DNA of 64,000 nucleotides from an uncultured Gemmatimonadales bacterium (GTDB taxonomy: Bacteria; Gemmatimonadota; Gemmatimonadetes; Gemmatimonadales; GWC2-71-9): contig CAWHFW010000005.1 in assembly GCA_963828735.1 (NCBI GenBank), forward strand, positions 224,001 to 288,000, given 5' to 3'. Below are positions 1-11,517 of the stretch, in pieces. Both the position numbers and the translations under genes were made by a program. The notes under the pieces are model-generated. The model ran no database searches, was not told the DNA's origin, and saw nothing but the letters and a program-made list of their open reading frames with translations. The first letter of the stretch is position 1, and each line of letters starts with the position of its first letter.

Positions 1-2009
1 GCGTCCTGGTCGACGCCACCGATTATGTGCTCCACGACTGGTGGGATGTGACCGGAGCGCTCGCCGACGCCAAGGAGAATCCCTACGCGTTGGTGAAGGA
101 CCGGTCTTGGATCTATGCACCAGCCGTCCGAGGCTTTCCCAAGAACACCGAGCTGGAGGCGGCCCTTACGTTCGAAGCGCGCGAGCGGCCGGGCCGGATC
201 GTTGCCCAGATCGTGCCGGACGGACGGGCGTTCACCGTACGGCAACACCTCACGCTGGCCGAGCTCCCCGACAACGGCTACCGCCCACGGGCTCTCGATC
301 CGCGAATGAGCTTCTTTGGCATCACCTTCAAGGATTATGCGCAGCCGATTCAGCAACCGCTCACGCGCCGCTGGATCAACCGCTTCCGCCTGGAGCGCAC
401 CAATCCAGCCGATCCCAAGAGCCCCATCAAGAACCCCATCATCTACTACGTCGATCGCGGCATCCCCGAGCCCATCCGGACCGCGACGCTCGAGGGCGCG
501 CGCTTCTGGACGCAGGCGTTCGACCGGGCCGGCCTCGTTGGCGGGTTCAAGGTGGAGCTCTTGCCGGAGCGCGCGGATCCGCTGGACCTGCGCTACAACA
601 TGATCCAGTGGGAGAACCGGAACGAGATCGGCTGGAGTCTCGGCGGCGGACTGTTTGATCCACGGACCGGCGAGATGCTGAAGGGGATGGCGCGGATGGA
701 CTCGCATCGTGCACGCACGGCCTATTCGATCGTAGCCGCGCTCGGCGGCGCCGCCACTGCAGCCGACACCCACTACGTCCTCGGACGTGTGCGGCAGGTG
801 ACGGCGCACGAAGTGGGGCACACACTAGGCATGGCGCACAACTACATCGCGTCGACCTATGGACGCGCGTCCGTGATGGACTATCCTGCGCCGCTGCTCA
901 CCGTCGATGCGTCGGGCAACGTCGACTTCCACGACGCGTACGCTCTTGGGCCCGGCGAGTTCGACGTGCTCGCGATCCGGTGGGGCTACGGGATCTTCCC
1001 ACCCGAGCACGAAGCCGATTCCCTCCAGGCGATCATCGCCGAGGGCATCAAGCGTGGGCTCGCCTTCCTGAGCGACGCCGACGCGCGACCTGACTACGCC
1101 AGCGATCCGAGAGTGAATCTCTGGGATGACGCGAGCTCGCCCGAGGCATTCCTCGCGCGCCAGCTCGCCGTGCGTCGCGCGGCCATGCGGCGGTTCGGCC
1201 TCCGAAATATCGGCGTGGGTGAGCCGGTGGCGACGCTGCAGGAGCGTTTCGCGCGTCTGTACTTCTTCCACCGATTCGCAGCCGTTGCGACAGCCAAGGT
1301 GGTCGGCGGAGTCGAATACCACCACGCCGTCGCGGGTGACGGCCAGCAGGCCACCCGTCCCGTTCCTGGCGCCCGCCAGCGAACCGCCCTCGCGCAGCTC
1401 CTGAGCACGCTCGCCCCCTCGGAGCTAGCAATTCCGGACACGGTGGTCACGCTGCTCGGACCCCGGCCATTCGGGTACGACCCGAATGCCGAAATGTTCG
1501 GGTCACGCACGCAGCCCACCTTCGACGAGTTCGGCGCGGCCGGCTCGCTGGCCACCCTCGTGCTGGGGCCGCTGCTCCAGCGCGACCGCTTGGCACGCCT
1601 GGTCCAGCAGTCAGCGCACGACCACGGTGCGCTGTCCTTGGGCGAGCTCCTCGGCACAGTAAAGCGATCCGTGTGGGATGCCCCGGCCGAGCGGAGTCCG
1701 CGGAATGCTGCGCTCCGCCGCGCGGTGCAGCGGGTGTACACCGACCGACTGCTCAGCCTCGCGGCCGACACCGCGGCCGCGGCAGATGTACGCGCCGCCG
1801 CGCAGCTCACCTTGGCTACGCTCAGGCGCGAGGCCGTGGCGCGCGGCGCGGCGGCTGGGACCACGCTCGATGCACGCGCGCACTGGCACGCGCTCGCGGC
1901 CGACATCGCTGGTTGGGAGCGGGAGCGCCGCCTACCCACCGCGCAACCGCTGCCGCCGCCGCCCGGCGATCCGTTCGGGGAGGACGAGGAGTCTTGGCAT
2001 GGGAACTAG
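1..2009 (+). CDS. Zinc-dependent metalloprotease (metzincin, DUF5117/DUF4953 EcxA-like), 5'-truncated by the window edge
   Basis: HEVGHTLGMAH zinc motif, Met-turn SVMDY and PIIYYVDRGIP motif; the frame is open towards the window start. Confidence 0.85.
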   Translation, partial: VLVDATDYVLHDWWDVTGALADAKENPYALVKDRSWIYAPAVRGFPKNTELEAALTFEARERPGRIVAQIVPDGRAFTVRQHLTLAELPDNGYRPRALDPRMSFFGITFKDYAQPIQQPLTRRWINRFRLERTNPADPKSPIKNPIIYYVDRGIPEPIRTATLEGARFWTQAFDRAGLVGGFKVELLPERADPLDLRYNMIQWENRNEIGWSLGGGLFDPRTGEMLKGMARMDSHRARTAYSIVAALGGAATAADTHYVLGRVRQVTAHEVGHTLGMAHNYIASTYGRASVMDYPAPLLTVDASGNVDFHDAYALGPGEFDVLAIRWGYGIFPPEHEADSLQAIIAEGIKRGLAFLSDADARPDYASDPRVNLWDDASSPEAFLARQLAVRRAAMRRFGLRNIGVGEPVATLQERFARLYFFHRFAAVATAKVVGGVEYHHAVAGDGQQATRPVPGARQRTALAQLLSTLAPSELAIPDTVVTLLGPRPFGYDPNAEMFGSRTQPTFDEFGAAGSLATLVLGPLLQRDRLARLVQQSAHDHGALSLGELLGTVKRSVWDAPAERSPRNAALRRAVQRVYTDRLLSLAADTAAAADVRAAAQLTLATLRREAVARGAAAGTTLDARAHWHALAADIAGWERERRLPTAQPLPPPPGDPFGEDEESWHGN

Positions 2010-2434
2010 CTAGGGCTGGGCATCAGCCGATGTGATGCCTCCCCACGGTCACGAATCGTGGTTACAGAATCAGAGAGCGCGGTGGTTGTGCTCGTGTGGT
2101 TGGACGCGCGAAGCCTTGATAGGTCAACACCAGCGGGTACGCGCCGGGGCGTTGGCAAGGCCTCCGGAGCAAGGAGTCGAACGTTCGAATGAGATGGCGG
2201 ACTGAGGTACGAGATTTTGTGCCGCGCATCTCTCGACGGGTATCATCCCAATGGCGATAGGGCGGTGGTGGGCAGGCAGGATGCCGGGGGTGCACCGGAC
2301 GGTGGGCGAGGCACTTCGGAAAGGCCCCACGGCCGACGGGACGGACCTTTCCAGTTAAGGCGAGAGCAGAAGAACCCCAAGCGACCCCGGTTCGCCACCA
2401 TTATTGGCACCGTTGCAGTGGGCGCCGCTGACGC

Positions 2435-2468
2435 AAAACGCCCCGCCAGCCTCTAACGGCTAACGGGG
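2435..2468 (-). terminator. Probable intrinsic terminator after tRNA-Ala
   Basis: Minus strand CCCCGTTAGCC-GTTAGA-GGCTGGCGGGG (two G-U pairs) followed by CGTTTT, 15 nt after the tRNA 3' end. Confidence 0.6.
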
Positions 2469-2483
2469 TATAACTCTACGAAG

Positions 2484-2556
2484 TGGAGCGTACCGGGATC
2501 GAACCGGTGACCCCCTGCTTGCAAAGCAGGTGCTCTCCCAGCTGAGCTAACGCCCC
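2484..2556 (-). tRNA. tRNA-Ala (anticodon TGC), CCA not encoded
   Basis: Reverse complement GGGGCGTTAGCTCAGCTGGGAGAGCACCTGCTTTGCAAGCAGGGGGTCACCGGTTCGATCCCGGTACGCTCCA folds as a cloverleaf with a G3-U70 pair. Confidence 0.97.
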
Positions 2557-2663
2557 GAATGTCCTACAAGATAACGATTTCCCTGCCCCAGCTGAATCGC
2601 TCTAGCAGACTCGGCAGTCAGAAACGGAGGGCGCCACCGGTTTCTCCGAAGGCCGTGAACGCT

Positions 2664-3104
2664 TCAGGAGAGTTCCTCGGCCAGCGCGACGATGATGCCC
2701 GCAGGGCCTCGCATGTAGCAGAGTCTGTACTTGTCCTCGTACTGGACCACCTCGCCGACGAGCTCGGCGCCGTTGGCGCGCAGGCGACCGACAGTGTCGT
2801 CGACGCTTTCGACTGCAAACATGACGCTCCGGAGGCCCAGCGTGTTCGGCGGTGCGATCGCCGGCTCGACCTTGACCAGTTTTGGATTGCGAAACTTCGT
2901 CAGCTCAAGCCGCCCGTGCCCATCCGGGGTCCGCATCATAACGATGTCGACTTGGACACTTTCGAGCCCGTTGACGCGGTCCACCCACGGGCCCTCGATC
3001 GGCATCTCGCCTTCGAGCGTCATGCCGAGCGCGGCGAAAAAAGCGATAGCAGCCGCAAGGTCGTCGACGACGACGCTGACGTGGTCCAATCTCTTGATCG
3101 TCAT
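2664..3104 (-). CDS. VOC/glyoxalase family protein
   Basis: MTIKRLDHVSVVVDDL...LELTKF...YMRGPAGIIVALAE; start reassigned to ATG 3104. Confidence 0.85.
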   Translation of the reverse strand: MTIKRLDHVSVVVDDLAAAIAFFAALGMTLEGEMPIEGPWVDRVNGLESVQVDIVMMRTPDGHGRLELTKFRNPKLVKVEPAIAPPNTLGLRSVMFAVESVDDTVGRLRANGAELVGEVVQYEDKYRLCYMRGPAGIIVALAEELS

Positions 3105-3243
3105 GTCCCTAGTATAGCGGAGGCCGTGCGCGGCGATCCAGGCCGACCGTTCTCGCGAGTTGGACGTGGTTAGCCGAGGAAACGCAGGGAGCTGAGGGCG
3201 CAGCCACGCTGCAAGACCGACCTTCAACGGGGTAGCTTCTACC

Positions 3244-3681
3244 GTGGACGAGTTCCTCCAAGCCGCCCTGGCCGAAGCCCGCCAGGGCCTGCGCGAAGGC
3301 GGCATCCCCATCGGCTCGGTCCTGGTCCGGGATGACCGCATTCTCGGTCGCGGGCACAACCGTCGCCAACAGGCCGGCAGCGTGGTGCTCCACGCCGAAA
3401 TGGATGCCCTGGAGCGGGCCGGCCGGCAGCCCGCCGCGGTGTACCGGGGCTGCACGCTCTACACCACGCTCTCGCCCTGCGCGATGTGCAGCGGGGCGAT
3501 GCTGCTCTATGGGATTCCGCGGGTCGTGGTCGGCGAGAACCGGACGTTCCGCGGCGAGGAGGAGCTGCTTCGGAGCCGGGGCGTGACGGTGGAGGTGGTC
3601 CAGGACCCCGCCTGCGAGCGGCTGCTGGCGGATTTCATCCGGGACCACGCGGACCTGTGGGACGAGGATATCGGGCGGTAG
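3244..3681 (+). CDS. Cytosine/nucleoside deaminase (yeast FCY1-like zinc deaminase)
   Basis: HAE and PCAMC zinc motifs, C-terminal WDEDIG; faces the pyrimidine catabolic operon. Confidence 0.85.
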   Translation: MDEFLQAALAEARQGLREGGIPIGSVLVRDDRILGRGHNRRQQAGSVVLHAEMDALERAGRQPAAVYRGCTLYTTLSPCAMCSGAMLLYGIPRVVVGENRTFRGEEELLRSRGVTVEVVQDPACERLLADFIRDHADLWDEDIGR

Positions 3682-3684
3682 GCG

Positions 3685-4554
3685 CTAGAGCCTGGACAAT
3701 CCCACATAGGTCTCCGGCCGCCGGTCGCGGTAGAACTGCCAGACGTTCCGCACCTCGCGGATCTGATCGAGGTCCAGCTCCGCCGTGATCAGCTCGTCCC
3801 GGTCTCGAGACGCCTCCGCCACCAGCTGTCCCCGCGGGTTGCAGAAGTAGCTCTGCCCGTAGAACTCCCCGATCCGCCACGGATCCTCATACCCCACCCG
3901 GTTGATCGCTCCGACGAAGAAGGCGTTGGCCACCGCGTGCGCCGGCTGCTCCAGCTTCCACAGGTACTCCGACAGGCCGGCCACGGTGGCCGACGGGTTG
4001 AACACGATCTCCGCGCCGTTGAGGCCCAGCTCGCGCGCGCCTTCCGGGAAGTGGCGATCATAGCAGATGTAGACGCCGACGTCGGCGTACCGGGTCTTGA
4101 AGACCGGGTAGCCCAGGTTGCCGGGCCGGAAATAGAACTTCTCCCAGAAGCCCGGCGCGCAGTGGGGGATGTGGTTCTTGCGATACTTCCCCAGGTAGGA
4201 CCCATCGGCATCGATCACCGCCGCCGTGTTGTAGTAGATCCCCGCTCCTTCCTCCTCGTACAGCGGGACCACGATCGCCATGGAGTAGCGCCGGGCGACC
4301 TCCTGCATGAGCCGGGTCGTCGGTCCGTCCGGAATCGCCTCGACCGCATCGTACCACCTCGCGCTCTGCTCGGCGCAGAAGTAGGGGCCGGTGAAGATCT
4401 CCTGCATGCAGAGGATCTGCACGCCCTCGCGCCCCGCCCGCTCGATCAACGCCATGTGCTTGGCGATGTTGGCCTCGCGGATGGTCTCGAGCTTTTCGGA
4501 CGTGGAGCAGGCGTGGATGGCTTGGATCAGGCCGCACTTGACGACTCGGGGCAT
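3685..4554 (-). CDS. Beta-ureidopropionase (nitrilase family)
   Basis: Glu-Lys-Cys triad motifs MQEIF, YRKNHIP and YICYDRHF; last gene of the pyrimidine operon. Confidence 0.88.
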   Translation of the reverse strand: MPRVVKCGLIQAIHACSTSEKLETIREANIAKHMALIERAGREGVQILCMQEIFTGPYFCAEQSARWYDAVEAIPDGPTTRLMQEVARRYSMAIVVPLYEEEGAGIYYNTAAVIDADGSYLGKYRKNHIPHCAPGFWEKFYFRPGNLGYPVFKTRYADVGVYICYDRHFPEGARELGLNGAEIVFNPSATVAGLSEYLWKLEQPAHAVANAFFVGAINRVGYEDPWRIGEFYGQSYFCNPRGQLVAEASRDRDELITAELDLDQIREVRNVWQFYRDRRPETYVGLSRL

Positions 4555-4586
4555 ATCGTCCTTTCCCGGGTTCGTGGAATGTGTTC

Positions 4587-4680
4587 ACCACGGAAACACG
4601 GAAGACACGGAAGGAACGCTGGAAGGTAAACAGCACACCCACATAGCTGCTTTTCCTCCGTGTCTTCCGTGTTTCCGTGG

Positions 4681-4681
<1 letters not shown>
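4587..4681. repeat. Intergenic element with perfect 25-bp inverted arms (REP/MITE-like)
   Basis: ACCACGGAAACACGGAAGACACGGA (4587-4611) and its exact reverse complement (4657-4681). Confidence 0.85.
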
Positions 4682-6173
<1,492 letters not shown>

Positions 6174-6177
<4 letters not shown>

Positions 6178-7655
6178 CGCGCCACCACGGGCCGCGCGGC
6201 GCGCGAGCGTGCGGACGCGGCCGGCGTGTCGGCCGGCGGAGGCGCGGGTGCCTCGGCTCGGGAGGCCTCGAGTCCGGCAGTCGTCCGGGGGAGCCACTGC
6301 CCGCGCCCTTCGCGCCCGACCACGGCGTACTGATCCACGATCACCTCACCGCGCGAGAGCGTCGTCCTCGCAAAGCCCGCCAGCTCCCAGCCCTCGTAGG
6401 GCGACCAGTCGGCGTTGGTCTCCATCGCCGACGGGGTGACAGGACGAGTCGCGGTGGGATGGATGATCGCCAGGTCGGCGTCGGCACCCACCGCGATGGC
6501 GCCCTTCCGCGGATACAGACCCATGATCCGCGCCGGGTTGGTGCTGAGCTTCATGCTCAGCTCTTCCAGCGTGAGCCGCCCGCCGAGCACGCCGCGGGTG
6601 TAGACCAGCGGGAGCAGGGTCTCGAGACCGGGAAGGCCCATCGGGATCTTGGTCCAGTCCCCGTTCCACATCGCCTTCTGCTCGCGGGTGAAGGTGCAGG
6701 TGTCGGTCGAGACGACCGAAACCTCACCGCCGCGGAGTCCTTTCCACAGCCGCTCGACGTCCTTGGGCTTCTTGACCTGGGGGCAACAGGCGAACAGGTG
6801 TCCGTCCTCCCGCTCGAACACCGAGTCGTCCAGCACCAGGTATTGCGCGCAGGTCTCGGCCAGCACGGGGACCCCACGCGCCTGCGCCGCGCGCACGATA
6901 TCCGCGCCTTCGGCGGTGGACATGTGCACGATGTAGAGCTGGCCGCCCGTCACCTCGCACCACTGCACGGCCCGCTGGATCGCCTCCGCCTCGACGAAGT
7001 TCGGACGGGTCATCGGGTGAAGTCGCGCGCCGTAGCGGGCCATCAGCTCCGGGGTGTGGTGCCGCGCGATGAGCTCGTCGAGCACCCGCGCGGACTCGGC
7101 GTGCACCAGGAGCATGGTGCCGTGCTCCCGCATCTGCTCCAGGGTGCCGAACAGGGCGCGGTCGTCCGACTGCCACCCCTCCGACTCGTAGATCATGAAC
7201 TCCTTGAAGGTGGTGAACCCACGGTCCACCATCCCCTTGATCTGCGACTTGTGCTCGTTCCACCGGGTAATGCAGACATGAAACGTGTAGTCGATCAGCG
7301 CCTTGCCCTCCGCCTTCCGCATCCAGTTGTCGGCCGCCTGGTCGAGCGATTCACCGGCATAAGGAATGGCGAAGTCGATCACGGTCGTGACCCCGCCCCG
7401 CGCGCCGGCCCGGGTGCCGGTGCGATAGTCGTCGGCCGAGACGGTTCCGCAAAACGGGAGAGCGAGATGCACGTGGACGTCGAGCACGCCGGGCAGCACA
7501 TGATGCCCGGTCGCGTCGATGACCTGCGTGCCCGGGGCGGGCTCGAGCTCGGTGGCGAGGGCCGCGATCTTCTCACCCGCGATGCCGATGTCGCCGGTGA
7601 AGCTCCCGGCGGGAGTCACGACGTTGCCGCCCTTGATGATGCGGTCGAGTTTCAT
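6174..7655 (-). CDS. hydA: Dihydropyrimidinase
   Basis: DVHVH metal motif, GGVTTVIDF, carbamylated-Lys region FKEFM, STNPARIMGLYPRKG; RBS GAGGAG before ATG 7655. Confidence 0.92.
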
Positions 7656-7711
7656 GGTCGTGCTGCTCCTCTTGTCGAGTCTGGACGCGATCATCCCGAA
7701 CGTAGCAAGGC

Positions 7712-8851
7712 CTACTCCGCGGCCACCTGATCGGTCTGGGGCGGGGCGTAGCCTTCCGTCACTTCGTAGCCGGAGTGGTACCCCGCGGCGTCAGGCCTCC
7801 GGATCTCCGACTGCGCCACGATCCGATTCCGCCGGAGTCCCCGGAAGCTCTCGACCCCGCTCCACCCATCCGCCGCATGGCGCTCGAGAAACCCATCGAG
7901 CCCGGCCAACAGCCGCTTGATCACATTGGGCCCCACCGCCTGGTCGAGCATGGCCGCCGTACACACTTGGACCGTGCCGCAACCCAGGAGGAGGTAGGAC
8001 AGCGCCTGGGAGAAGTCCGAGATCCCGCCGATCCCCGAGAAGCTCTTGTCGGGAAACGCCCGGGTCATCTGGGCCATCTTCGCGAGCGAGAGCGGGAGGA
8101 TCGCCGGGCCGCCGAGCCCACCGCTCGACACCAGGCCATCCACGTTGATCTCGAACTCGAGGGTGTCGGGGTCGATCAGGGGAATCGAAGGGAAGGTGTT
8201 GGAGGAGACGATGGCGTCGGCCCCTCCCCGGAAACAGGCCGCCGCTTCGACTTCGATCTCGGCCGTGGCGGGCGTGAGCTTGCACCAGACCGGCACCGTG
8301 GCCGCTTCCTTCACCGCCTCGGTGACCACCGAGCAGAGCCCGTGGTCCTTGCCGATGTTGGATCCCATGTCGCGGCGGTCCATGTGCGGACAGGAGAAGT
8401 TGAGCTCTAGCCCGTCCGCCCCGGCCTCCTGGCAATCGCCGGCGAGTCGCTGCCAGTTCTGCAGCTCCTTGTCGTTCCCGGAGCCGGCCATGATCGAGGC
8501 GATGAGGATCCGGTCGGGAAACGCCTGCTTGATCCGTCGGATGCGGGGGAGCCACCAGTCGATGGTCTTGTCGGAGATGAGCTCCCAGTTCCAGGATGAG
8601 TGCAGCGCCGCACCGGGGCGCTTCTTCATGGAGACGTTGGCGTCCTCGGGAGTGGTGCGCATGAACTTGGCCTTGGCTCCGACGACGTTGACGACCGGGT
8701 GGAGCCCGATCGTCTTGGTCACTACGCCGGCCCACCCGGCCTCGAAGGCGCGAAGGATGTTGCTCTCCGACTCCGTCGGCGGCGCCGAGGAGAGCAGGAA
8801 GGGATTCGCGAAGTCGAGTCCCGTGAACTTGACGGATCGGTTGGCAGACAT
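7712..8851 (-). CDS. preA: Dihydropyrimidine dehydrogenase catalytic FMN subunit (PreA-like), without the C-terminal ferredoxin domain
   Basis: NPFLLSSAPPT, ELNFSCPH active-site loop, SGIGGIS, VQVCTA; first gene of the operon. Confidence 0.85.
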   Translation of the reverse strand: MSANRSVKFTGLDFANPFLLSSAPPTESESNILRAFEAGWAGVVTKTIGLHPVVNVVGAKAKFMRTTPEDANVSMKKRPGAALHSSWNWELISDKTIDWWLPRIRRIKQAFPDRILIASIMAGSGNDKELQNWQRLAGDCQEAGADGLELNFSCPHMDRRDMGSNIGKDHGLCSVVTEAVKEAATVPVWCKLTPATAEIEVEAAACFRGGADAIVSSNTFPSIPLIDPDTLEFEINVDGLVSSGGLGGPAILPLSLAKMAQMTRAFPDKSFSGIGGISDFSQALSYLLLGCGTVQVCTAAMLDQAVGPNVIKRLLAGLDGFLERHAADGWSGVESFRGLRRNRIVAQSEIRRPDAAGYHSGYEVTEGYAPPQTDQVAAE

Positions 8852-9272
8852 GGCGGACAGCCTCCATTCACGACATCCAACTCACGCCGGTCATCCCGGC
8901 GCTTGCGCGCTCCATCACCCCGCGGGCGATCGCGCCGTCTTGGCAAAAATGGAGGCGGCGTTGCCGTTGGGCGAGCTATCACGGACGGCGGGGTATTTCA
9001 TGGCTCCTCCGAGGAACCTCGGCCCGCGCTCGGGAGGCAGCGTGGCCATAGCGGAGAGGCGAGAGGCGGATGGAGGTGGGCCGTTCCAGTCAACATAACG
9101 ATGCGCTCCAGCGGGGGGCAAACATGACGGCCGGAGGGCCCAGCCCGAGTCAGCAGGCCGGAGCAGCCACGGCGCCTCACCCTTGATATCGGCTTGACTG
9201 GAGGGTGGTATCGGTAGCTCAAGCACCAAGCATTTCCCTGATCATACCGAGTTCGAGGCCGAGGAGGCTCCG

Positions 9273-10820
9273 ATGCCGACCGCCCGTTTCCTTCCGCTCC
9301 TGATCTCGTTGCTGGGGCTTGCCGCCTGCGGGGAGGACCATCCACCCACGGGCCCGTCGGATTCGGCTGCGCCAGGCGCCGAGCTCGGCATGTCCACAGC
9401 AGGGCGCCGAGTCGTCACGAGCCTCGCCGATCCCGGTAACGGCATCTGCAATACGGTCCAGTGCACCTTGCGCGAAGCGATCAACGACCCGGGCAGCACC
9501 GACATCACTTTCGTCTCAGGGCTGGCTGGTACGATCACGCTTGCCGCGCCCGCGAAGGGAGGCGGCGAGCTCGTGATCAAGAAGTCGCTGACGATCAGCG
9601 CCCCCGCTAGTGGGATCACGGTTCGGCGCCGGAGCACGGATCCAGCCTTCCGCATTCTCCGAATCGTCTCGGCTGTGACCGTGTCGCTGACGAACCTGAC
9701 GCTCCGCGGCGGCAAGATCATCGACCAACCGGGCGGCGGCATCATCAATTTTGGTAGCCTCGCGCTCACGAGGTGTACAGTGACGGATAACCTTGCCCCT
9801 CATGGCGGCGGCATTGAGAGCCACGGCCCGCTGACGCTGACCAACAGCACGCTCGCGAACAACTCCGGTGGGGGGGTCGAGAATCACAACAACGCCACGC
9901 TCACCATCAAGCACAGCACGGTCACACGGAATCTGGGCGTGGGTGTCACGAACATCGGAAGTACGTTGGTGGTCCTGAACAGCACGGTCTCCGACAACAG
10001 CGGCACCGGCGTGGCCGTCAATCGAGGCATGTCCACGCTCACCACCGCCCGGATCGTAGGGAACAAGCGAGGAGGCATCAGAGTGGCAGTTGGCGACATG
10101 ACAGTCACCAAGAGCACGGTTGCGCGCAACCTGAGCACCGATGGAGGCGGTATCGCCAATTTTGGCGGAAACCTCACGATCACCAACACCACGGTCACGG
10201 GCAATTCGGCCACGGGCCACGGCGGGGGCATTTACAACACGACGGGCGATCCAAACGGTCGTGGGGGTGCGAGTCTCACGCTCACGAATAGCACAGTCTC
10301 AGGGAATTCTGCTGCTGTCGGCGGAGGAATCGATAACTTGGACAAGCTGGGCGGCGCTCGGCTCACCGCAACCAATAGTACGGTGGCGCTGAACTCGGCC
10401 CATGACGGAGGTGGGGGCATCCACCAGGGAACCGGCGTTGAGACGAGCAACTCCATCGCTCTCATCAATAGCCTGGTCGCAAAGAACACCGCGCCGTCCG
10501 GGGCCGATGTGCTGGGTGAGTCCGTCGAGAACGAATCCCGGTTCTTTGTGACCTTCAGCGTAATCGGAGACGGGCGCGGGAGCAGCATCACGAACGCTGA
10601 CGGCAACCAGGTCGGCAACGTCGCCCCGAACACGTCGTCCATAGACCCTCTCCTGGGCCCGCTGGCGCTCAACGGTGGCCCCACCAGGACGCACGCGCTC
10701 CTACCGGAGAGCCCGGCACTCGATGCCGCGTCGACGCCGGACTGCCCGCCCACCGACCAGCGTGGCGTGGCGCGCCCACAAGGGGCGGGTTGCGACAGTG
10801 GCAGCTACGAGCAGGAGTGA
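9273..10820 (+). CDS. Secreted lipoprotein with CSLREA motif, beta-helix GGGI repeats and choice-of-anchor Q C-terminus
   Basis: Lipobox LAAC, CTLREAI, repeated GGGIxN, LGPLALNGGPTRTHALL...DQRG...CDSGSYE; RBS GAGGAGG. Confidence 0.85.
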   Translation: MPTARFLPLLISLLGLAACGEDHPPTGPSDSAAPGAELGMSTAGRRVVTSLADPGNGICNTVQCTLREAINDPGSTDITFVSGLAGTITLAAPAKGGGELVIKKSLTISAPASGITVRRRSTDPAFRILRIVSAVTVSLTNLTLRGGKIIDQPGGGIINFGSLALTRCTVTDNLAPHGGGIESHGPLTLTNSTLANNSGGGVENHNNATLTIKHSTVTRNLGVGVTNIGSTLVVLNSTVSDNSGTGVAVNRGMSTLTTARIVGNKRGGIRVAVGDMTVTKSTVARNLSTDGGGIANFGGNLTITNTTVTGNSATGHGGGIYNTTGDPNGRGGASLTLTNSTVSGNSAAVGGGIDNLDKLGGARLTATNSTVALNSAHDGGGGIHQGTGVETSNSIALINSLVAKNTAPSGADVLGESVENESRFFVTFSVIGDGRGSSITNADGNQVGNVAPNTSSIDPLLGPLALNGGPTRTHALLPESPALDAASTPDCPPTDQRGVARPQGAGCDSGSYEQE

Positions 10821-10986
10821 CTGACGGATACCTGGGGGGCTGGCCCAGGGCTGCCTACGGCACGGTCTGGCCCAGCTGTTCTCAGCAGAATTGAAGTCTC
10901 TCCTGTCGCGGGCGCTGGCCAGAGCGGTGTTGCGCCTCCCGAGCTCCGGCGCCAGGTCCCGCCGCTTCAGGACAGAGGGGTATGCA

Positions 10987-11265
10987 TCAGTCTCCCTGCA
11001 GCCGCAGCCGATCGGTCGCGCGTCGGCGCAGTGTCGGGTCCGCCGGCGGCGATCCTTCGTGCCGGAACTCGAAGTGTGCGCTGTCTAGCACGCGGTCGGC
11101 GATCGATCTGCCGCCGCCGTGCTGCAGGCGTCGGGCCCACACGATATCGGCCATGGTCGCGGCCTGGATCCAGACCTCCGGCGTGATGCCCGGGTACAGA
11201 TGCGCCGAGGCTGCGCGGAGGCGCGCTTCCCTCGGCAGGTCTTGCTCGCCGCTCTCGGGATTCAT
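10987..11265 (-). CDS. Small hypothetical protein
   Basis: 92-aa ORF with RBS GAGGA and protein-like composition (REARLR...LYPGI...RVLDSAHFEFR). Confidence 0.6.
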   Translation of the reverse strand: MNPESGEQDLPREARLRAASAHLYPGITPEVWIQAATMADIVWARRLQHGGGRSIADRVLDSAHFEFRHEGSPPADPTLRRRATDRLRLQGD

Positions 11266-11517
11266 TCGTCTTCCTCGGCTCGTCTCTTGACGACGTGCTC
11301 GCCGGCCGCGAAGGCGCCGCCGACGGGTTTTGTGCTCTCAAACCTATGCGAAAGACCAGCACCCGGTACCAATCGGGCGGCAGCCGACGGCTACGAACGG
11401 CTCCGCTCCGCCCAGGGCTCGCGACGTGACGTCGATCTTCGAGCCCACTTCCCGTCGCAGGCCCATCCCCGCATCTTCGGCCATCGTCCTGTTCCCGCTC
11501 CCGATGAGGACCACCGT

